A stretch of DNA of 32,000 nt from Phycisphaera mikurensis NBRC 102666. Its GTDB lineage: Bacteria > Planctomycetota > Phycisphaerae > Phycisphaerales > Phycisphaeraceae. A program made the translations under genes and the position numbers. Location of the stretch: contig NC_017080.1 of NCBI RefSeq assembly GCF_000284115.1, positions 1,620,001-1,652,000 on the forward strand, read 5' to 3'. Of this stretch, positions 27,371-32,000 are shown in pieces; position 1 is the stretch's first letter, and each line of letters starts with the position of its first letter. The notes below the pieces were generated by a model, which saw only the letters and a program-made list of their open reading frames with translations, was not told where the DNA came from and searched no databases.

Positions 27371-30300
27371 ATGCTCCAACGCAGCCCGAACCCTCTCTCG
27401 TGTCTCCGCCGCCTCGTCCTGGCCGGCGCCCTCGCGGCCGCCGTGCCGCCGCACGCCCGCGCCCAACCCGCGGACGGCGAGCCCGCGGAGGCCCAAGCCG
27501 CCGCGGTCCGCGGCGAGGCCGCGGAGGAGGGAGCCGCCGCGGGCGGCGGTCCGGCGTCGGCGGCCGGTGAACCCCCCGCCGCGGGAGGAGGCCGCGAGGA
27601 GGAGCAGGAGGAGCAGGACGACGGCCGCGTCGCCGTCTCGTTCCGCGACGTCGAGCTCTCCGAGATCGCCCGCTTCTACCTGGATCGCCTGAAGAAGCCG
27701 GCCCTCATCGACGAGGAGGTGAAGGACACCCGCGTCACCATCCTCGCCAACGAGAAGATGCCCGTCGCCGACGCGATGGAGCTCATCGGCAACGCGCTGC
27801 GGGCCCGCGGCGTGCTCGTGGCCGAGGGCGCGAACCAGGTCGAGTTCCTGCCGCTGTCCGCCGTCGGCCGCATCGACCGCCGCCGCGTCGGCCCCGCCCA
27901 GAGCGTCGACGCGCTGGAGAACCAGGCCGAGATCGTGGACAAGACCTTCGAGCTGAAGCACTACGACGTCGCCCGCCTCCGCGACGTGATGGTGCCGCTG
28001 CTGCCGGAGTACGCGCTCGTGTTCGCCGATCCGAACTCGCGCCGGCTGACGGTGACCGCCGCGGCCGCCGACCTGGGCCGCGTCGAGCGGCTGGTCGAGC
28101 GTCTCGACGTGCCGCAGGCCGACGGCGTGATCGAGCGGATCTTCAAGATCCAGCAGGGCGACGCGAGCGCCATCGTCTCCACGGTGCGGCTGATCATCTC
28201 CGGGTCGCTCGGCGTCGAGGCGACCGGGCTGATGGACGACGGCGGCGGGGCGTCTTCTCGCGACGGCGGCCGGAACCGCGACAACCGCAGCGGCCGCGAC
28301 GCCGAGGCTGGCCCCAACGTCGTCTCCATCGAGCGCGGCGAGAGCCCGATCCTGCTCCGGGCCGACGTCGGCCGGAACTGGGTCATCGCCGTGGCCGAGC
28401 CGCGCGTGATGGAACAGATCCAGCGGTGGGTGGAGGAGCTGGACCAACCGCCCGCGGACGAGGGCCAGGACCGGCCTTACGTGCTGATCGACGTGGAGCA
28501 CGCCGACATCGACGAGGTCGCCAGCCAGGTGCAGGAAGCCGTGGCCGCCATCCCCGACGACGACCTCGCCCGCAGCGTCCGCGTCATCCCGTTCCCCAAG
28601 TCACGCCAGCTGCTGGTGTACGGCGGGCAGCGGGGCCGCAACCTCGTGCAGAGCCTGCTCGCCGAGCTCGACGTGGAGGCCTCGCAGTACCAGCTGATCC
28701 GCGAGTTCTCGCTTCAGAACGGCCAGGCCGACGACGTCGCCGCGAAGATCGAGGCCCTCTTCGGGGAGGAGGAGGACGACAATTCCTGGTGGCGTCGCCG
28801 GCGGGGCGCCGACGACGAGAACAAGGTGAAGGTCTCCGCCGACGCGGCCCGCAACTCGGTCACGGTGCTGACGGACCCGCAGCGGATGGAGCGGATCGCC
28901 GAGATGATCCACGAGCAGTGGGACCGCCCGCTGGACTTCGGTGCCGTGGCCCCCCGCGTCTACACGCTGAAGCACTCCGACCCGGTGCAGGTCCAGGAGC
29001 TGCTGGAAGGCATGTTCACCACCTCCAGCAGCACCTCCCGAGGCAGCTGGTGGAACCGCACCACCGAGACCACCCAGGCCGTCGGCCCGCTCTTCGGCCA
29101 GTTCAGCTTCGAGGCGCTCCGCGGCAGCGACAAGCTGATCGTCACCGCCAAGAGCGCCGACAGCTACGTCGTGATCGACGAGCTGATGGCCGAGATCGAC
29201 CAGCCCCAGGTTGCCGGCCTGCCCGTGCTCATCGAGCTCAAGCACGCCAACGCCGAGGACGTGGCCGAGCAGCTCAACGCGACCTTCGCCGAGGCCGGCA
29301 CGCTGGCGCAGCTGCCGCGGACCGAGCGTGGCCTCACCCGGTCGCTGCGAACCAGCACCCGGACCACCCAGAGCCCCAACCTCGTGGGCGGCGGGAACAA
29401 CAACCGCAACAACAACCAGAACCAGCAGAACAACAACAACGCCAACAACGACCCCGGCCAGATCCGCTTCTGGTGGAGCCAGAGCCGGCCCCGGGTGGAC
29501 GAGCAGCCCACCAGCAACCTCATCGGCAAGCCCCGCTTCGTGCCGGTGAACCGCCGCAACGCGATCATGGTGCTCGCCCCGCGGGCGTACCTCCAGCCCC
29601 TGCGCGACCTCATCGCCGAGCTGGACCTGCCCGGCAGCCAGGTGGTCATCAACGCGATCATCACCGAGGTCATCCACGACGACGTGTCGACGCTGGGTGT
29701 CCGCTTCGCCAGCGACCCGGCGATCTTCAACGACTCGCGGCTGCAGGACCAGAGCCTCGGCGGCGGGGTCAACGTCGACTTCAACGAGACCTTCGGCAGC
29801 GGCCGGGGCATCCTCGGGGCGAACCTGAATCTCAACCTGCTGCTGCAGCTGCTCATCCGCAAGGTGGACCTGCGGATCCTCAACGAGCCCCGCGTCTACA
29901 CCGCCGACAACCAGGAGGCGCACTTCTTCGACGGCCAGGACGTGCCCACCGTGGTCAGCGAGCTGGTCCGCGGCGACAGCGACGGCAACGTGACCCGCGG
30001 CTTCGAGTACCAGCCGGTGGGCACGCGGCTGCACGTGCGGCCGCACATCACCCAGGAGGGCGACATCGACCTCGAGGTGAACCTGGAGCTCTCGCGGATC
30101 GAGGCCGGCGAGACCGTCTTCGGCAACTTCATCTTCAACCGCCGGGAGACCACCACGCAGGTGACGCTGCAGGACGGGCAGACCGTGGTGATCTCCGGCA
30201 TCGTCCGGCAGGAAGACTTCGAGGACGTCCGCAAGCTGCCGCTGCTCGGCGACATCCCGCTGGTCGGCGGGCTGTTCCGCAACACCGACCGGGGCATCCG

Positions 30301-30610
30301 CAACCGGGAGGTGATCGCCTTCATCACCCCGCGGATCATCAACCCCGCCGGCGACGAGGCGGAGCTGCTCTCCGAGCGGAACGCCCAGTGGCTGGAGCGG
30401 ATCCGCGGGGCGATGAGCGGCGACGAGCCGGAGAACCGGGACGCGCGGACGATGCCCCTGGACGATCTCCGCAGCCGGCCCGTCCCGGTGCCCGATCCCG
30501 ACTCCCCGTCGACGCCCTCGCTCGACGAAGCCGACGGCTTCCGCGCGCCGGAGCCGACGAGGGTGGACATCCCCGCCGACGATGAGGACGCTTCGCAGGT
30601 GCGGCGTTGA
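27371..30610 (+). CDS. gspD: Type II secretion secretin GspD (extended)
   Basis: ~1079 aa; repeated secretin N-type domains and C-terminal secretin domain PVGTRLHVRPHITQEGDIDLEVNLELS..TTQVTLQDGQTVVISGIVRQED..KLPLLGDIPLVGGLFRN..EVIAFITPRII. Alternative TTG start at 27362. Confidence 0.93.
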   Translation: MLQRSPNPLSCLRRLVLAGALAAAVPPHARAQPADGEPAEAQAAAVRGEAAEEGAAAGGGPASAAGEPPAAGGGREEEQEEQDDGRVAVSFRDVELSEIARFYLDRLKKPALIDEEVKDTRVTILANEKMPVADAMELIGNALRARGVLVAEGANQVEFLPLSAVGRIDRRRVGPAQSVDALENQAEIVDKTFELKHYDVARLRDVMVPLLPEYALVFADPNSRRLTVTAAAADLGRVERLVERLDVPQADGVIERIFKIQQGDASAIVSTVRLIISGSLGVEATGLMDDGGGASSRDGGRNRDNRSGRDAEAGPNVVSIERGESPILLRADVGRNWVIAVAEPRVMEQIQRWVEELDQPPADEGQDRPYVLIDVEHADIDEVASQVQEAVAAIPDDDLARSVRVIPFPKSRQLLVYGGQRGRNLVQSLLAELDVEASQYQLIREFSLQNGQADDVAAKIEALFGEEEDDNSWWRRRRGADDENKVKVSADAARNSVTVLTDPQRMERIAEMIHEQWDRPLDFGAVAPRVYTLKHSDPVQVQELLEGMFTTSSSTSRGSWWNRTTETTQAVGPLFGQFSFEALRGSDKLIVTAKSADSYVVIDELMAEIDQPQVAGLPVLIELKHANAEDVAEQLNATFAEAGTLAQLPRTERGLTRSLRTSTRTTQSPNLVGGGNNNRNNNQNQQNNNNANNDPGQIRFWWSQSRPRVDEQPTSNLIGKPRFVPVNRRNAIMVLAPRAYLQPLRDLIAELDLPGSQVVINAIITEVIHDDVSTLGVRFASDPAIFNDSRLQDQSLGGGVNVDFNETFGSGRGILGANLNLNLLLQLLIRKVDLRILNEPRVYTADNQEAHFFDGQDVPTVVSELVRGDSDGNVTRGFEYQPVGTRLHVRPHITQEGDIDLEVNLELSRIEAGETVFGNFIFNRRETTTQVTLQDGQTVVISGIVRQEDFEDVRKLPLLGDIPLVGGLFRNTDRGIRNREVIAFITPRIINPAGDEAELLSERNAQWLERIRGAMSGDEPENRDARTMPLDDLRSRPVPVPDPDSPSTPSLDEADGFRAPEPTRVDIPADDEDASQVRR

Positions 30611-31953
30611 GACCGCCGAAGCTCGCGGCGCCGGGCTCGCGGGCCGCGCCTCTTGGCCCGAGGAGCGCCCCGGCCGGGCGAGGCGGAACCGGGGCGGCCC
30701 GTTGGCTCGCGGCCGCCGTCGCGGGCGGCGTCGGCTTGGTCGTCGGGTCCGCGGGCTGCTCGGGCCCGCCTCCGGGGCTCCCGCCGTCCGCTGCGCCGGT
30801 GCGGGTGACCGAGGGGACCGGCGCCTTCCGCGACACCTTCGAGGGCAGCGTGACCGCCGCCGTGATTGCTCGCGGCAGCGTGCGCCACGCCGGGCTGGGG
30901 CTGCCGGTCGTCTCGCCCGACGGCCGCTTCATCGCGGCCCTCGAGCACGCCGGCGGACCGGCCTCCCTCGACGCCGACGCCCCGCTCTTGGGCCGCGGGC
31001 TCGGCGGCGTCTCCCTCTGGGTGCGGGCGGTGGAGGCGGAGGCGGACCGGCCGGCCGCCCCCGGCGGCGGCGGGATCGACGCCGCGGCCGTGCCGGTCGC
31101 GCTGCAGGACGCGTCCTTCCCCACCTTCGGCCCCGACGGCCGGCTGTGGTCGGTGAGCGTCGGCCCCGGCGGTGACGCGCTCCTCCGCTACGACCCCGTC
31201 GACGGGTCGCTGCGACGCCTCGCCACCGGCCTCAAGCGGATCGCCTTCCCTTCGCCCGATCCCACCGGTCGCTACGTGGCCGTCTCCGGTTTCGGTGGCA
31301 ACCCCGAGGCCGCGACGCTGTTCCTCGTCGACGTGCCCGCCGGGCGGGCCACCCCCGGCCCGCCGCCCGGCTCGGGCGGCCGCGGGCAGGTCCTGCCCCG
31401 CTGGGAAGCACCCGGCGTCGTGCTCTTCGTCGAGCTCCGAGAGGGCCCCGACGGCGCGCCGTCGCCCGCCGCGTTGCGGCGGTGGCGGGTGGGCGAATCC
31501 AGCGCCGCGGACGTCGCCTCGCTGCCGGTGCTCCCCTCGGTCTTCGACGCCGGCTCGCTCTACGCCGGAGTGGCCGACCCGATCGGCCCCGGCGGGCGGT
31601 ACCTCGTGTTCTTCGATCCGGCGGCGGAGCCCCCCGGGCTCCGCCGGGTCGACCTGGCCACCGGCGGCGTCGAGCCGGTGGCCGCCGGCGGCACCGCCGC
31701 GGCGAGCTGGGATGCCGACCGCCTCGTCGTCGCCGTGCAGCCGGCTTCGGAGAACCGCGGCCTCGCGAAGGAAGCCGGCCTCCGCCTCCTCGAGCTGGCC
31801 CCGGGCAACCGCGGCTCGGTCACGCTGCTACCCGGCGATTGGGCGCCGCTCCGCGTGGAGCCCCGGGCCGGCGGTGGCGCCGCCATCCTCGCCGTCGCAC
31901 CCGGCGAGCGGCCCGACCGCCTGAAGCTCGTGCAGCTCTTCGTCGTGCCCTGA
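30607..31953 (+). CDS. Putative lipoprotein with beta-propeller (TolB/PD40-like) repeats
   Basis: 448 aa, TTGA overlap with gspD stop; AAAVAGGVGLVVGSAGCSG signal with Cys; repeated VSPDGRFIAALE, FGPDGRLWSVS, PSPDPTGRYVAVSG, PIGPGGRYLVFF motifs. Confidence 0.65.
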   Translation: MRPPKLAAPGSRAAPLGPRSAPAGRGGTGAARWLAAAVAGGVGLVVGSAGCSGPPPGLPPSAAPVRVTEGTGAFRDTFEGSVTAAVIARGSVRHAGLGLPVVSPDGRFIAALEHAGGPASLDADAPLLGRGLGGVSLWVRAVEAEADRPAAPGGGGIDAAAVPVALQDASFPTFGPDGRLWSVSVGPGGDALLRYDPVDGSLRRLATGLKRIAFPSPDPTGRYVAVSGFGGNPEAATLFLVDVPAGRATPGPPPGSGGRGQVLPRWEAPGVVLFVELREGPDGAPSPAALRRWRVGESSAADVASLPVLPSVFDAGSLYAGVADPIGPGGRYLVFFDPAAEPPGLRRVDLATGGVEPVAAGGTAAASWDADRLVVAVQPASENRGLAKEAGLRLLELAPGNRGSVTLLPGDWAPLRVEPRAGGGAAILAVAPGERPDRLKLVQLFVVP

Positions 31954-32000
31954 GCGTTGATGCCGGTGGCGTCTCGCTCGCCGTCGCGTGTCGATGACGC

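Noticed and set aside
22825-27372. 1515-aa minus-strand ORF
   Set aside because: Antisense to the gspI-gspM genes, dominated by RRRPRP/AAASA low complexity; shadow ORF.

Overview
High-GC bacterial window. Gene content, coupled ATGA/GTGA/TTGA junctions and start sites mostly lacking a Shine-Dalgarno motif suggest a Phycisphaerae/Planctomycetes chromosome (inference). It is mostly a compact chromosomal region and contains, in order: a small membrane-anchored hypothetical protein (-), monomeric NADP isocitrate dehydrogenase icd (-), a glycine-rich autotransporter (-), a GH16 agarase-like glycosidase (-), a translationally coupled ABC ATPase/permease/GldG-like cassette (+), nusA-infB-4-OT-like tautomerase-rbfA (+), an HhH-GPD/endonuclease III-like protein with an altered active site (+), hisG (+), aroA (+), and a type II secretion/pseudopilin operon ending in an unusually long secretin and a beta-propeller-like putative lipoprotein (+). 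The most interesting non-coding signals are (i) an 85-bp tandem array with two hairpins per unit between aroA and gspG, (ii) a dispersed family of four intergenic inverted repeats with core CCGCGGACCG...CGGTCCGCGG, and (iii) a structured nusA leader with a short ORF, three hairpins and a T5 tract resembling an attenuator. No CRISPR, tRNA, rRNA or transposase was recognised.
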